A model generated the notes under the pieces. That model was not told where the DNA came from, ran no database searches, and saw only the letters and a program-made list of their open reading frames with translations. From Cetorhinus maximus (Eukaryota): 64,000 nucleotides of DNA. Below, piece after piece: positions 50,404 through 62,564 of the stretch. Both the position numbers and the translations under genes were made by a program. The DNA is taken from the NCBI RefSeq assembly GCF_964194155.1, contig NC_135893.1, forward strand, positions 65,596,001 through 65,660,000, written 5' to 3'. Position 1 is the stretch's first letter. Each line of letters begins with the position of its first letter.

Positions 50404-51089
50404 AGACGTCCATCTCAAACAAAGGTTTTTATCTGAAGCATTAAACCTTAAAATTAACACTTTCAAATTCCTTTATGCACTGAAGTGGTAAAATGAGGCA
50501 AGAATTTAAAATGAGAAGTATTTGTTCAGAGGACATGGAAGTGGTGTGGGGAAATCAAATCTTCACATGAAAGTCAACATCAAGAATGGGGAGGAAATCA
50601 TCTAGAAATTTCAAGATTCCACTTTTGCCTTAACCAGTAGCAAATCCATCACTGTTCTCTTTCCTGTCTGTATCTTGAAATAATTATATTTGCACAATGC
50701 TTAAGGCAGACAGAATATTAGTTTCTTATGTGGCTCGGTGTCTATGGTTGATAATGCTCATGTGAAATGCCTTAGGAGGTTTTACTACATTAAAGGCACT
50801 ATGTACATTTCATCCAGGATGAAATATTGTCTTGTGACCTATTTATACCAGTGCCACCACTACACCAGAGATCCCAGATGAACACTGAGGTCACTTTGAC
50901 CCACTTTGCATGCCTTTACACAGCAGAGGACACAAGCATCAGGAGAAAGAGACGTCCACCTCAAACAAAAGCTTTTATTTGAAGCATTAAACCTTAAAAT
51001 CAACACTTTCAAATTTCTTTATCCACTGAAGATGTAAAATGAGGCAAGGATTAAAATGAGAAGTATATGTTCAGAGGACATGGAAGTGG
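50404..51089 (+). repeat. ~140-bp dispersed direct repeat (50404-50544 and 50950-51089)
   Basis: agacgtcca.ctcaaacaaa...gaagcattaaaccttaaaat...gttcagaggacatggaagtgg present twice. Confidence 0.85.
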
Positions 51090-51149
51090 ACAATTCGAGA
51101 TGCAGCGGGACACAGCACACTGTTTTTAATTGATGGGAGAAAAATTACG

Positions 51150-51410
51150 AGAAACTATGGATTGTTGTAAAAGCCCAACAGGTTCACCTTGAGGGCCTAC
51201 AGGGAGGGAACTTGCCATCCCTACCTGGTCTCACTTTCAATGTGACTCCGGTCCTGTCCTATATACTTGATTCTTAATGCCCTCTGAAGTGGCTGCACAA
51301 ATCACTCATTTGTAAAGTTTGCAGTCCAGCGCCACTTCAGGGCACAAAGGAATGGTCAAATAAGTGCAGCCACATCAGCAGCACACATATCCAGAGATTT
51401 TTAAGAAACA
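51150..51410 (+). mobile_element. Older variant of the LINE-end-derived SINE
   Basis: ggattgttgtaaaagcccaac.ggttcac...tacctggtc...gtgactcc...aatgccctctgaagtggc, then a degenerate tail. Confidence 0.6.
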
Positions 51411-52170
51411 CTTCACATTTATTAAAATGCTGTATATTTATTAATAACATATGGATCATGCAATATAGATATGCACCAATATAATGCCCTCATTCATCTC
51501 AAAAACCAAATCCTGGGCACAAGGTCAATTTACTGGTGCTGTTTCACTTGTAGTCTGACAGTATGAACTCATATTCCAATTCTTTTGCTGTTTCTTCTTC
51601 TGCCTTTCCATTCCTGAAGATGAAACCCATCCTGGGTTACAATACTGAGCTATAATTCCATCAGTCTGATCTTGATGACACAACAGAGGATCACTGTCTG
51701 TGTGTACTGAGCCTGAATTTGGAACACCAGTGAGCTATTTCAGTAAGGGTGTTACACAGCTAAGTCCAAGTCTGTCCTCACAAACATCACATGTATCCAC
51801 CCCCAGAAAGGGGTGACTAGGCATTTCCCACCATAAACCAACAATGTTGATCAACCAAAAAAAGAGAAGCCTCATTTTAACGTAATGACAAAAGTAACAT
51901 GGGATAGAATCATCTGTGCCCGCTGGCGTCGTGTGAGCAGACATGATGAGAAGGCCAAAAATCAGTTTCACGACATCGTGAAACCAGATTGCGATCGTCC
52001 GCTCCTCCCACTGCTGGCATGCTGTGTTTCCTGCCATCAGACATCAGGAACCTTATTGTAATATATCTGCATACTATTATGGGCCCAGCCCACCAGAATC
52101 GTTCCCCCCGCCTTGCTGGATTGTCCACCCATGTCGGCGTGATTGCACGCCGACGTGTTTCACAACAGCA

Positions 52171-52218
52171 TATAAAAGGCGTGCACTTGGCGGGCTGCAC
52201 TTTGAGGGGAACTCGGAG
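52171..52218 (+). promoter_or_regulatory. Putative transposase TATA box and short non-coding first exon
   Basis: tataaaagg at 52171; donor gag|gtgagt at 52218/52219; acceptor ttcattcatcctgcag at 53041, 18 nt before the ATG at 53060. Confidence 0.55.
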
Positions 52219-53059
52219 GTGAGTACATTGTAACGTTGTGGAGCGCTCGCCTGGGACGCCTGTTGGACTTCAAGGTTGAGGCGTGTGGACTGCCCTGCGG
52301 TTGAGGTGCATTGGGTGGAGGGGCAAGGGCTGCCCTGCGGTTGAGGTGTGATGGGGGGGCGGGGGGCTGCCCTGCGGTTGATGGTGGCGCAAAAGCACGT
52401 GCAGGGTGGAGTAGGGGGCACTGTGGGCAAGGGAAGTGGCCGCGTATTAAAGAAACCTTGTACAAAGTGACCATTCCTCTGCAGCTGAGACAGTTCAGGT
52501 GCAGCCAAATTGATATGATGGGAGCTGGGCCTCTAGCTTATCTGCCCATTCAAACAATGCAGAGGCATCAAAGTGCCACCAAGTGCTCCAGAGATTTCAC
52601 CCCTCGGGCACAGAGTAATGAGCATTTTAGTGGGCTGCAGAACAGTTGGACGACTGGCTACATTGTACAATCTCCTTGCTAAAGCAGGCCGTGGAGCAGT
52701 CACTGGTGGAGCTGCTCACAGCCCCTTGCAATGTTGTCATTCCAGTTTGGACCTGTCTCCCTCATGGTTCAAGCTAACAATGCAGCCTTGTAGCACAGGT
52801 TAGGAGAATGCCTGCCCTTGAGCTGATAGCATAAAATGCAGTCCAAAGCAAAGCTGCCATCAATCGGTCGGGTGAAGTGGGGCGGAGGTGAGTGGGGTTT
52901 CAGGCAGCCATTCAGCACACTAAACTCTGGCCATCCAACTGGTGCCAGCACTCTCCAGAATGTGTTCAGGGGCCTTCAGACTTCAGCAAGATAGGTTCTA
53001 ATACACCCATAACCCATATATCTCTTTCATTCATCCTGCAGGAGGGGTACATCTGGATC

Positions 53060-54260
53060 ATGGAGCCTGGCGACTTAGCTGTATGCCTCGTGGCATGCAG
53101 AGAGCAAAGACAACTGAGAAGAGAGCAACTGAGGTGCCTGGCTGCTCAGAGGGAGGAGCAACACCCTCTGGAAGAAGGGGCGGCTGGGGCTCCCACACAG
53201 TCGAAAAGCCACAGCGAGCCGTCGCTGGTTGGTGCCTAGCTAGACCCAGGCTCTATAGAAGCCGCTTTTCATTCCTGCAGATGACCATGGACCAGTGTCG
53301 CTGAAAACTGCGCATGTCTAGGGAACTGGTCGGTCACATCTACCAGCTGCGGCAGGATTTGGCACCACAGGGACATGGAGGGCATTCACTACCAGTGGCC
53401 GTGAAAGTGACTGCGGCACTCAATTTCTATGCCATTGGCACCTTTCAGGGCTCCACAGATGACTTCTATGGGATATCACAAGGCTTCACCCACAAATCAT
53501 CCATGGGGTCACCTTCGCGAGGGCACACAACTTTGTGCATTTTGCCCGGGACCAAGACAGCCAGGATGCAAAAACAACTAGATTAGTCCAGCTCTCAGGT
53601 TTCGCACAGGTGCAGGGTGCCATCGACTGCTCTCAATTGCTGCTCAGATCTCCGTCGCAACACGCAGTCAACTATGTCAACTGCAAGGGATTCCATTTGC
53701 TAAATGTGCAGCTGGTCTGCGACCACCACAAATGCATCCTACAGGTTTCCAGGGAGTGTGCATGACTACTGAATTCTCAGTCGATCACAGATCCCTGCAG
53801 GCTTCCAGGGTCCACAGAAGCTGCAGGCTTGGCTCCTGGCAACAAGGGCTACCCACAGAGGATGTGGCTAATGACACCCGTGCGGCAGTCTCAGACTGCA
53901 GCTAAGCGAAGGTTTAATGAGGCTCATGCTACAACTCACAGACCATTGGGATGCTGAAGATGAGGTTCCGCTGCCTGGACTGCTCTGGTGGAGCCCTGCA
54001 ATATAGTCCAGAGGGTGTCATGCATCATCGTCATCTACTGCACCCTTTACAACTTGGCACTGCAATGGGGGGAGGAGCTGGCTGAGGGGGAGCTGGAAGT
54101 CTCCTCCAATGAGGAGGATGCCGATGGGGATGAGGGTGAGGAGGTTCTCGAAGGCGACGATGACGGGGATGAGGCCCTTGCACTGGCTAGATGAGGCAGG
54201 AGCGCTCAAGAGGCCCTCATAGAGGCTAGATTTATGGAGGAAGACGATGACATACAGTGA
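53060..54260 (+). pseudogene. Harbinger (HARBI1-like) DDE transposase, decayed
   Basis: LPVAVKVTAALNFYAIGTFQ; VQGAIDCSQ; YVNCKGFHLLNVQLVCD; FPGSVHD; KGYP..WLMTP; FNEAH..TIGMLKMRFRCLD..ALQY; acidic tail; stops and frameshifts. Confidence 0.92.
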
Positions 54261-54959
54261 AGAGACACCATAGATCCTCACATTGCATCTATGGAAGTTT
54301 GACTACAGTCTAGCTTATGACAATGCACATACCCTCTGTGATAATGATCCAGCCATGGAGGCCCTAATAGTCGTTCGATGCCAGGACAATGATGACGACA
54401 TGCAGTGAGGACACTCCATAGATCTTCACATAACCTCTGAGGACGTCTGACTCTTGTCTGACCAAGGGCAGCTCGAATACTCTCTGTGATCAGGGTCATA
54501 TCATAGAGAAATAGCCATGAAACTTTAAAAGCATCTGATCCTTTGTCTACCTTCAGCACCTGAGCCTTTCAGGAGCACAGCATCACTGGCCACAGATGCT
54601 GAAGAGATGGGGGCCAGCTCCACCTTAAAGGTGCTGAGAGCACAAAGAGTGAATGATGGAACTATGTGACGCCTTCCCACAACATTCTGGCAGCAATGAT
54701 AAGCACTGTCGAGGTGCAGGCATCAGCACTGCGTCCAGCGAGTGTGAGGCCGTAAAATCACTTTGGTCTGAAGCTGCACAAAGCACAGGGATTAAGACAC
54801 CTGCCTTTATTTTGTAAAGAAAGGTTTCACATCTGAGTGACATGAACACTGCTCATTATAACAAGGAGCCACAGGCAGGGAGACATTCTTGGGAGTTTAT
54901 TGACAATAGTGAACAGTGTGTACAAGTGATTAGCACCTGTGCCCAGGCTGTGCATCTTA

Positions 54960-56573
54960 ACTTTCCTAATCCTGCCATTATGCCTTGGTTCTCCCTGGCC
55001 ACCCACAGCAAAGGTGGAGGCAGCCTGCTGACTGCTACGCCCTGTCTGTGATGACCTTCACAGGCGTCCTCTGGAGGGCCAAGACCTGGAGGGCCCCGGC
55101 CTGCTTTCGGGGTCCTGCTGTTTGGCAGTGGCACCCTCCTCGGCCTGTGGAGCTGGAGCTGCTGAGGTCACAGGAAGAGGGGACAGATGGGCTGGACATT
55201 CCTGAAGTCACCTGGATGGGTGGCCCTGGGGGTACACCTGCTGATCCTCCTCCCAATGGGTGCCCAACTGCCCCTGGCTAACTCCTTGAGAAGGGGGAGC
55301 TGGAGTGAGATCAAGCTGCCCCGCACCCCTCTCGCGTACGCACTGTTGGAGGCCAACTATGGCATCAGCGATGGAGTTGAGCCCAAGCTGCAGTGCAGGA
55401 GCGACGTCCTGGACCAAGGTCTCCATGGTGGTCGTCATCCTACCAGTGTTGACCTCGGTGTGTTGACATGCCAGCGCTATCACCTCAGCCTGAAGGCGGA
55501 CGGACTCCTCCATCGTGCCTTGTAATTTGAGGAGTGCAGCAGACATCCCTTCCTGATGTTCCTGAGCTTCCCTTTGCAACTCCAGCAACTGTGACATGAC
55601 CAAATCCAGAGGCTCATCATCTGACTTGGACTCGGGCTCAGCAAATTTCTGGCCTCCAGCAGTCCTCCGAGTGCCGGACACCTACGAAGTGTGTGCCTCT
55701 GCACTGGTGGAAAGTGTACGTGATCGCTGTTATGGGACACGAAGGTGAGTGCCTCCAGATTTCTCTTCAGAGGTTTCTTCAGGGCTTGATTGGAGGCCTT
55801 GGGTCGTGGACTCCCTCAGCTGTTTCCCAGATGTGACTGCGAAAGCAAGGAGAGATAATTAGTGCATGGCAGTGGCCTGTGAAAGAGGACACATCACTCA
55901 CAGCATGATTGTCTGATGGATGTTGCACTGCTGGATCCTCGCTTTGTAGAGCACCGCCAACCTCACCATCAGCACAGGGATGGTCCAGATCCTTGCCGGC
56001 CAGCTGGATGGCTCTGTTTTCAATATCCATGAGGACCTTGATTTCAGGCATTCCTCCACCGGTCTCTGACCTCTCCCTCTTGTTGTGTGCCAGCTTACAC
56101 TGCATGAATAGAGATGGAGAGAGTGTAATCAGGATGCCTGCCAGGCCATATGATAAGTATGCCTGGCATGTGTGTGTGGTGAGTGGTCCCATAGACGGGA
56201 TGAGAACAACAAAGGTATGTGTGAGAGAGTGAATGGTGATGTCCCTTGAACAGGCAGTAAGTGAGGACCTTGTGGATGTGTGATGGACTTGTGAGTGTGT
56301 GAATTGAGAGTGCTGAGAAGAGTGACTTACCCTGGTGGAACTGAGGAGATCATTCATCCTCTTGGGGCACTGGGTGGCTGTCCTCTTTTGAAGAGCGTTC
56401 AGCGCTGACCACCACTGCCACTGGCTCCCAAGCCAGATTGGTAATGTTGCTGCATGTCCTGCAGTCAGAGCTGGGGTAGAGGACATCACGCGGGCCTTCA
56501 CTGCGTCCAAATGGCACTCAAGGGACGCGTCATTGAACCTGGGGGCTGCAGTCTTTTTTTCTTTCAGGGCCAT
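54960..56573 (-). pseudogene. Harbinger Myb/SANT-like DNA-binding accessory protein, 3 exons, decayed
   Basis: MALKEKKTAAPRFNDASLE...W..VA...KRTATQCPKRMNDL|CKLAHNKRERSETGGG; GT-AG introns 56330-56100 and 55901-55837; TATTTAAA at 56638-56631; 3' end approximate. Confidence 0.85.
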
Positions 56574-57204
56574 GTCTTCTTTGCAGCAGTCATGGGCTGG
56601 AAGCACTGAGAGGTGTGCGTGCAGCTGGACTTTAAATATGGCGCCCGGTGTGCTGAAGCGGCGAATGAGAGCCCGCCTGCCATGGAAATGGCGCATTTCC
56701 AGGGAATGCATAATTAATATGGCGGGCTTGGGACAATATGGCATGAAAAGCTTCTATTGCAGCCGGCTGCTACCGCGCTTGGTGCAAACCTGGGAAGATT
56801 CCACCCATGGTATTTATAGTGTTTAAAAACATAATTATTTTGTAAAATAAATGCTATATTTAGAGTAGTCCAGCAGATATTTTTTCTTCTCTACCCATAA
56901 TTAAAATTAAAGCATTACAGCAGCTGAGATCACCATTCCTCACTGGCACTACACAAAATGGAAACTTCAGTATCTGAAAAAGAATATAATCCGATTGAAG
57001 TATCTCCATTGTACTGACTTGTGAAGAAATACAACATTTATGTGCAAAGTAAGAACAATTACAATTTTAAACCAGTTTAAGCAGGTTAAATCACCGCCTT
57101 AGAATAACAAAGGCAGTAGATGCATGGTAATACCATCACCTACCAAGTTCCCCTCCAAGTCACACACCATCCCTACCTGGACACATGTCACTGTTCCTTC
57201 TTGA

Positions 57205-57858
57205 ACTCGTACTTATTTCAATTTGATATACTATAATCACCTGTTCACGATATGATGTCCTTTACCCTGGGATGACCACTTTGTAAAACACCTCAGTTCT
57301 GTTCGCTAGTGTGACCCCAGGCTTCCAGTCGACTGCCATTTTAATTCTCCACCTTGCTCCCGCTCTAAGCGTTCTGTCTTCAGCCTCCTCCAGTGTTCCA
57401 ACTAAGTGCAACCGAAGTTGCACTTAGGTACAGCACTTCATCTTTCAATAAAGCAGCCTTCTAGTCTCAACACTGAGTTCAAAAATGTCAAATCATAATC
57501 TCTGTCTCCATTTTGTTTCCTTTTTTGTTGCTGGTTTCTCTCTCTCGTTTTTGTCTCTTTTTGCTTTTGGACAGCAGCTGTTCATGATTCTGCCATTCAC
57601 ACCTCCTCCAGACACTTCATTTTTTCACTTGTTACCACTCCCTTTGGCCTTGCACCAATAACCTTTTTGTCATTTAATTCCTCCTGCCTTACACATTATC
57701 ACAGATCGTTCCTTTTTTTTTTCTCACCCTCCCCCATTTCACTTGCTCAGAAACTATATCTAACTATTCCCAGTTCTGATGAAAGGTCATCGACCTGAAA
57801 CATTAGCTCTGTTTCTTTCTCCACTGATGCTGCGAGATCAGCATTTTCTGTTTTGATA
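57205..57858 (+). mobile_element. Penelope-like element 3' part (GIY-YIG endonuclease remnant + terminal repeat)
   Basis: Degenerate FNLIY..CSR...LY.G...H...V...DP.LPV.CHFNSPPCS...LLQCSN...QHFIF..QPS.LNTEF, followed by a pyrimidine-rich UTR and a hammerhead motif. Confidence 0.75.
57772..57808 (+). ncRNA. Minimal type I hammerhead ribozyme motif
   Basis: agtt-CTGATGA-a-aggtc/gacct-GAAA-ca-TT-agct: canonical core, stem II and stem I; stem III CpG decayed. Confidence 0.65.
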
Positions 57859-57859
57859 T

Positions 57860-58043
57860 CACTGTTCCTTCGTGGTCGCAGGACAAAATCCTGAAATTTC
57901 CTACCTGAAACCAATGTGGGAGCGCCTTCGCCACACGGACTGTTGCAGATCCACATGTGTGCTGACCTTCTCCAGGGCAACTAAAAGATGGGCAACAAAT
58001 GCCAGCCCTACCAGCAACACCCACATCCCAAGAATTTTTTTTC
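57860..58043 (+). mobile_element. 3' end of the 13191-16341 LINE family (old copy)
   Basis: actgttccttcgt..tcgcaggacaaaatcctg...ccttctccagggcaacta..gatgggcaacaaatgc...cccacatcccaagaat. Confidence 0.65.
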
Positions 58044-58794
58044 AAATGGGCCCTGTACTGAAAATTCCAGCATTAAAAGGTGTATTTAATAGATTTCCAA
58101 ATATACAACCTTTAGTGTTCTATTTTGAATGTATTTAGTAAACGGAAAGGAAAAAAACTACGATCCCGGTTGATATGTGGTAATGAACCTTAAACAGAAT
58201 AGGGTCCTGTATTGAAAGATGGGTTTCATATGTTTCCAAATGCACAACCTTTGGGCTTTCATTTTTTTTAAAAAAATCTATATAGTAAACGGAAAGAAAA
58301 TATCATTATTACGATAATTGTTGGGACATGTGGCAATCAGCCAAAGAATAAACGTAAATATTTACCTTAAAACTGTAGGGGAATTACAACAGGAATTACT
58401 GCATTGCCTGCAGCGAGGCAAGAAACTCTACCATATGTCTTTCATTTTTCAATTGTGCATCCGACAAGAAAAGCCATCTATATGACACAGATCTGCACTT
58501 CACACTGTCAGCTGGCCTCTCAAACAGCAGTGTATCTAAACACCTACTGGTCAAAGTAATTAATGGGAAATTCAGACTGCTAGTCATCTAAACAGATCCA
58601 TGCTCTTTCATTAAAAGGTGCCTTCACATGTTTTTTTTATTAGAATTTAGAAAGAAATCTCTTTTTGAGGATATGCTACCTGCTTTGTCTTCAGGTTTTC
58701 TCCCTTCATTAATCTCTTCACGTGCACCATCTGTCCTGCAGCCCACAGCAAGTAGGGAGGAGGGAGGAAAACAGCATTCCAAGCCAGCATGTAG

Positions 58795-59170
58795 AAGACT
58801 TGCATTTATATATTGTCCTTCATGACCTCTGGAACCCCAAAAGCATTTTACAACCAATGAAGTACTTTTGAAGTGTAGCCATTTTTGCAACATAGCACAA
58901 CCCATTTGCGAACAAAGATTGCTACAACCAGCAATGAAATAAGTGATAGGATCACCTGCTTAGTGTGTTGTGTAAAGGGATAAATGTTGACCAGGACATC
59001 TACAGAAATCTCCTGCTCTTCTTTGAATAGTGCCATGGGATCTTTTATGTCCACCTGAGAAGGTAGATGGTTTAATGTCTCATCCAAAACATGACATCTC
59101 CAATAGTGCAACACTCCCTCAGTACAGTGCTGGAATGTCAGCCTAGATTTTGTGAAGTCTCTGGTTTGGG
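58795..59170 (-). mobile_element. Deu-domain SINE
   Basis: agacttgcatttatata...ccaatgaagtacttttgaagtgtag...cctgctcttctttgaatagtgccatgggatcttttatgtccacctgag. Confidence 0.8.
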
Positions 59171-59409
59171 TATGAATACCAATTGGGATGAGACTCACTA
59201 GGGTATGTGTGAATTTCCAGGTAATCAAGAGTTTGGGTTAGAAGATGTTAAAATAAAACCTTGAGTACAATAGCTTAATCAACAGGTTGAGACAACAGTA
59301 ATGCTAACAATCATATTTGCAAGAGTTTCAATGTCTGATATTCCAGACTTAGTGCTTCTCAGAAATTAGACAGCCCTGTAAACTGTGCTTAGCTGGGTCA
59401 AGTCACTCC

Positions 59410-60986
59410 TGAGATTTGGTGGACCGGGCCAGGAAAATGGTTCAGTTCCATGATGTGCAAGGGTGTTGTGCTAGAAATGGGGTCTCTGTGGGCCTCCAAG
59501 TATGAAAATCCAATTAGCACAGTTAAAAAGCTAGTTAACTTTTGGCCTGACCCCCTGAGACCCTTTGATTTTCAATACAAGTCCCACCACCATTCCCTTC
59601 AGACAGCCTGCATCTAGATGCCAACCTGGCTGAGTAATGGGGAAGTGAGGCGCCCTGCTCCCTTATTTAAGTGGGAGCACCTATTGCAAGTGGCGGATCT
59701 GTTTCGCCCCTCAGAAGGAACCCTGGAAATCACAGGCTTACATAAAGCAGGCAGAGACAGTTGTTCATGGAGACAGCTGCACATGTTAAAGTGCAGCTGC
59801 CTTCAGTGAGATCTGATTTCCATTAGTGGGATGTCCAAAACATGACTTGTGCACTTTAGACCTAGCAGAAGAATGTCTAAACTTACCAGAGTTCTTTGGA
59901 GAGGTAGGGTACTCTTTTGGAGATGTAAGGTACTCTTTTGGATATGGCCTCGGGCTATCTTTGGGAGAGGAAAGCGGCCCTTTGGGATTGTTGGGAAAGT
60001 AGACATGAATGTGCATAAAAAGTGCACAAACTCAGGGGAACTGTAAAGTTCATTGGAACTATCAAAGAGAGCTATCAAGCATCAGGGAATTTAAATTTCC
60101 TGCCCTTGAAATATTTGAAAACACTGGCTGCAGTGTTGAAAAAAATCAGTGCTTGCTATTTCACTCTTAGGGGTATTATTATAGGCTTAGTGCTGCATGA
60201 CTGATTTCATAAGCAATCATTATCACAGTGGCATGCCTGTCAGCTCAGTTTGATTGACAGCTTCAAATGCTTATAAAGTATTTGAAGTGAGACTATGCAT
60301 ATAAATGCATGTTGTTAGAAGGGATTAAAGGAAGTTAAATGTAATCAATGGGTTTTTATCTAAGTATTTTTTCAATAGTGAATTCATCAATAGACATTTA
60401 AGAAATTTATTTAATCTCAACATGGGTCCTGAGGTCTGCCCATGGTAGATACTGGGTGAGTTGGCATAGAGGGTGGAAGGCAAAGGATGGTGGGTGGGAG
60501 AATGAGTTGGCATGATTTGGCAATTAGTTGGCATAGCAACTATAAAGGGCCACTTGGGGTAGGTAGAGAGATATAGGTTAGCATGGAGAATATGAGGGGC
60601 CATCGGGGTGGGTAGAGGCATTTAGGTTGTCATGGAGGATATGAAGGGCCATGGGGAGTAGGTGGGAGCGGGCATCCATGGATAGGGCATGGGGAATATG
60701 TAGGGGGGTGAGGGGATATGAGGGGTGAGGGCTGGAGGACTGTGTTTTGTTTTTTTCCCCATATTGCTGGAGCACCAAGGTGAGCCTTTCAACAGCCCAT
60801 CTCTGCACCCAGCAGCCCATGGCTACCTCAGAACTCCTTCCAGGGGCCACGGGCCCAACTCCCATTTCACACCTCCACACCCCGGAACAAAACTCCAACC
60901 ATCCAGGGCACTTCTCCTGGTCAGATGTGTGTAGTCAGGAACTGTCCAAAATCTGTGCTCCCAATACAGGAGCAAAAATTCAGGCC
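59410..60986. mobile_element. Probable non-autonomous Harbinger-like element, family D (left end uncertain)
   Basis: Right end aaaaattcaggcc|tat resembles the other MITE TIRs; internal G-rich repeats with gggcat motifs. Confidence 0.4.
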
Positions 60987-61104
60987 TATATATTTTTCAT
61001 CCTGCGATTGAACATTTAAAAAGTAAAACGCTCTTCATTTACCTCCAGTCCTTAATAGCAATCCAGCCCAGGCTGATGAAATGAAGTTTGTTTGTCCTGC
61101 TTCT

Positions 61105-61735
61105 TTTTTTTGTTCTTTCATGAGTTTTGGGCATCGCTGGTGAGGCCAGCAGTTACTGCCCATCCCGAATTGCCCCAGAGGTGATGGTGGTGAGCCACAG
61201 TGCTATTAGGAGGGGAGTTCCAGGATTTTGACCCAGTGACAGTGAAGGAACAGTGATATCGTTCCAATTCAGGATGGTTGTGACTTGGAGGGAACATCCA
61301 AGTGGTGGTGCTCCCATTCATCTGCTGCCTTTGTTCTTCTAGATGGTAGGGATCGCAGGTTTGGAAGGTGCTGTTGAAAGAGCCTTGGTGAGTTGCTGCA
61401 GTGCATTCTGTAGATAATACACACTGCTGCTACTGTGCATCAATGGTGAAGGGAGTAAATGTTGAAGGCGGTGGATGGGGTGCCAATCAAACGGGCTGTT
61501 TTGTCCTGGATGGTGTCGGGTTTTTTGAGTGTCGTTACAGCTGCCTCATCCAGGTAAGTGGAGACTATTCCAACACATTCCCAACTTGTGCCTTGTAGAT
61601 AGTGGACAGGCTTTAGGGAGTCAGGAGGTGAATTACTCTCTGCAAAGTTCCCAGCTTCTGATCTGCTCTTGTAGCCACGGTATTTATATGGCTAGTCCAG
61701 TTCAGTTTCTGGTCAATGGTAGCCCCCAGGCTGTT
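61105..61735 (-). mobile_element. 3' fragment of the 13191-16341 LINE family
   Basis: Colinear with 13200-13860 (gggagttccaggattttgacccag...cagttcagtttctggtcaatggta.cccccagg). Confidence 0.85.
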
Positions 61736-61783
61736 AGTAGTCTTGCTGGTTGCAAGAGTTCTAATGAATTTAGGCCAGGGTAG

Positions 61784-62560
61784 TGTTATGTTCCAGTTTT
61801 TTATGAACTTTTAGGCAATACTTTTAAAATTTTGGACACAAAGTCTGTTAAAATGACCCCCGTGAATCATATGACCTTTGGCATTTGAGCCAGGCCGTCT
61901 TGGGTCTCAAACAAATACCTAATGAAGTATGGACATTAACAGCCAGCTGGGAAACTCACACATCCCTTTGTTTAAGGATGAACCATCAACAACAGGACTA
62001 CAGCATTGCAGCTAACTCATCTTTCTGTTTCACCATGAACAAAGGAAACATGGTGAAACAGAAACTCAATGTGTGTTAGTCAAATGTGAAAGGGATCTCA
62101 TCTATTGTATTTTGATGGTGTTTCCCTCATCCAAACTAGGCAGGATGAATTTCAACGACAACACCAGATGTGTAATCAGCATACCACCTTTCTTTGGACA
62201 AAGAAACTTTGAATTTGTACAGGTCACATGATGAGCACAGCCCTGTTTTATGCCTGTTTTTAAAACAGCAAAAGCAGCTTGCAGAGACAGAGTTCTATCC
62301 GAGTCCATCAAAAAAACCATTGAACCAGCAGCAGGTCAACTACACAGTTAAGGTAATAAACAGCAATACCTTGAAAGTGGAAGACAGACTCTCTCCAACC
62401 TGTTCAAACTTCAAGTTCACGAGAGAACCAACTTCCTGGAAATTCAACTACAAGCAGCCTCACAGCTTACTGAGAACCCTCTGCTTACAAGACCTTCACT
62501 TTAACTAAAAATGTCGACTAATCTAAGAAATTTCAGGCCTGCTACGAAAGAGAGACTGAG
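61784..62560. mobile_element. Possible solo or truncated LTR
   Basis: Starts tgttatg exactly like the Gypsy LTRs in this window; no partner LTR or CA end found. Confidence 0.3.
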
Positions 62561-62564
62561 GCAA

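Larger units (their letters stand above)
51902..56806 (+). mobile_element. Full-length decayed PIF/Harbinger DNA transposon with two convergent genes
   Basis: TIRs ggatagaatcatc / gaagattccaccc; ATG TSD (51899-51901, 56807-56809); DDE transposase on + and Myb/SANT-like gene on -. Confidence 0.92.

Noticed and set aside
52288-52385. Three copies of ctgccctgcggttga.gtg
   Set aside because: Small tandem repeat inside the putative Harbinger intron; no evidence of separate function
53060-54260. Host HARBI1 gene
   Set aside because: It lies inside TIRs and a TSD and has multiple stops and frameshifts, so it is a transposon copy, not the domesticated gene
55779-56744. 321-aa ORF as an intact gene
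   Set aside because: It reads through introns and across frameshifts of the decayed Harbinger Myb-like gene; only parts are in the true frame
62194-62508. 104-aa ORF as a gene
   Set aside because: Non-ATG start, no recognisable domain, and it lies in probable LTR-like repeat sequence
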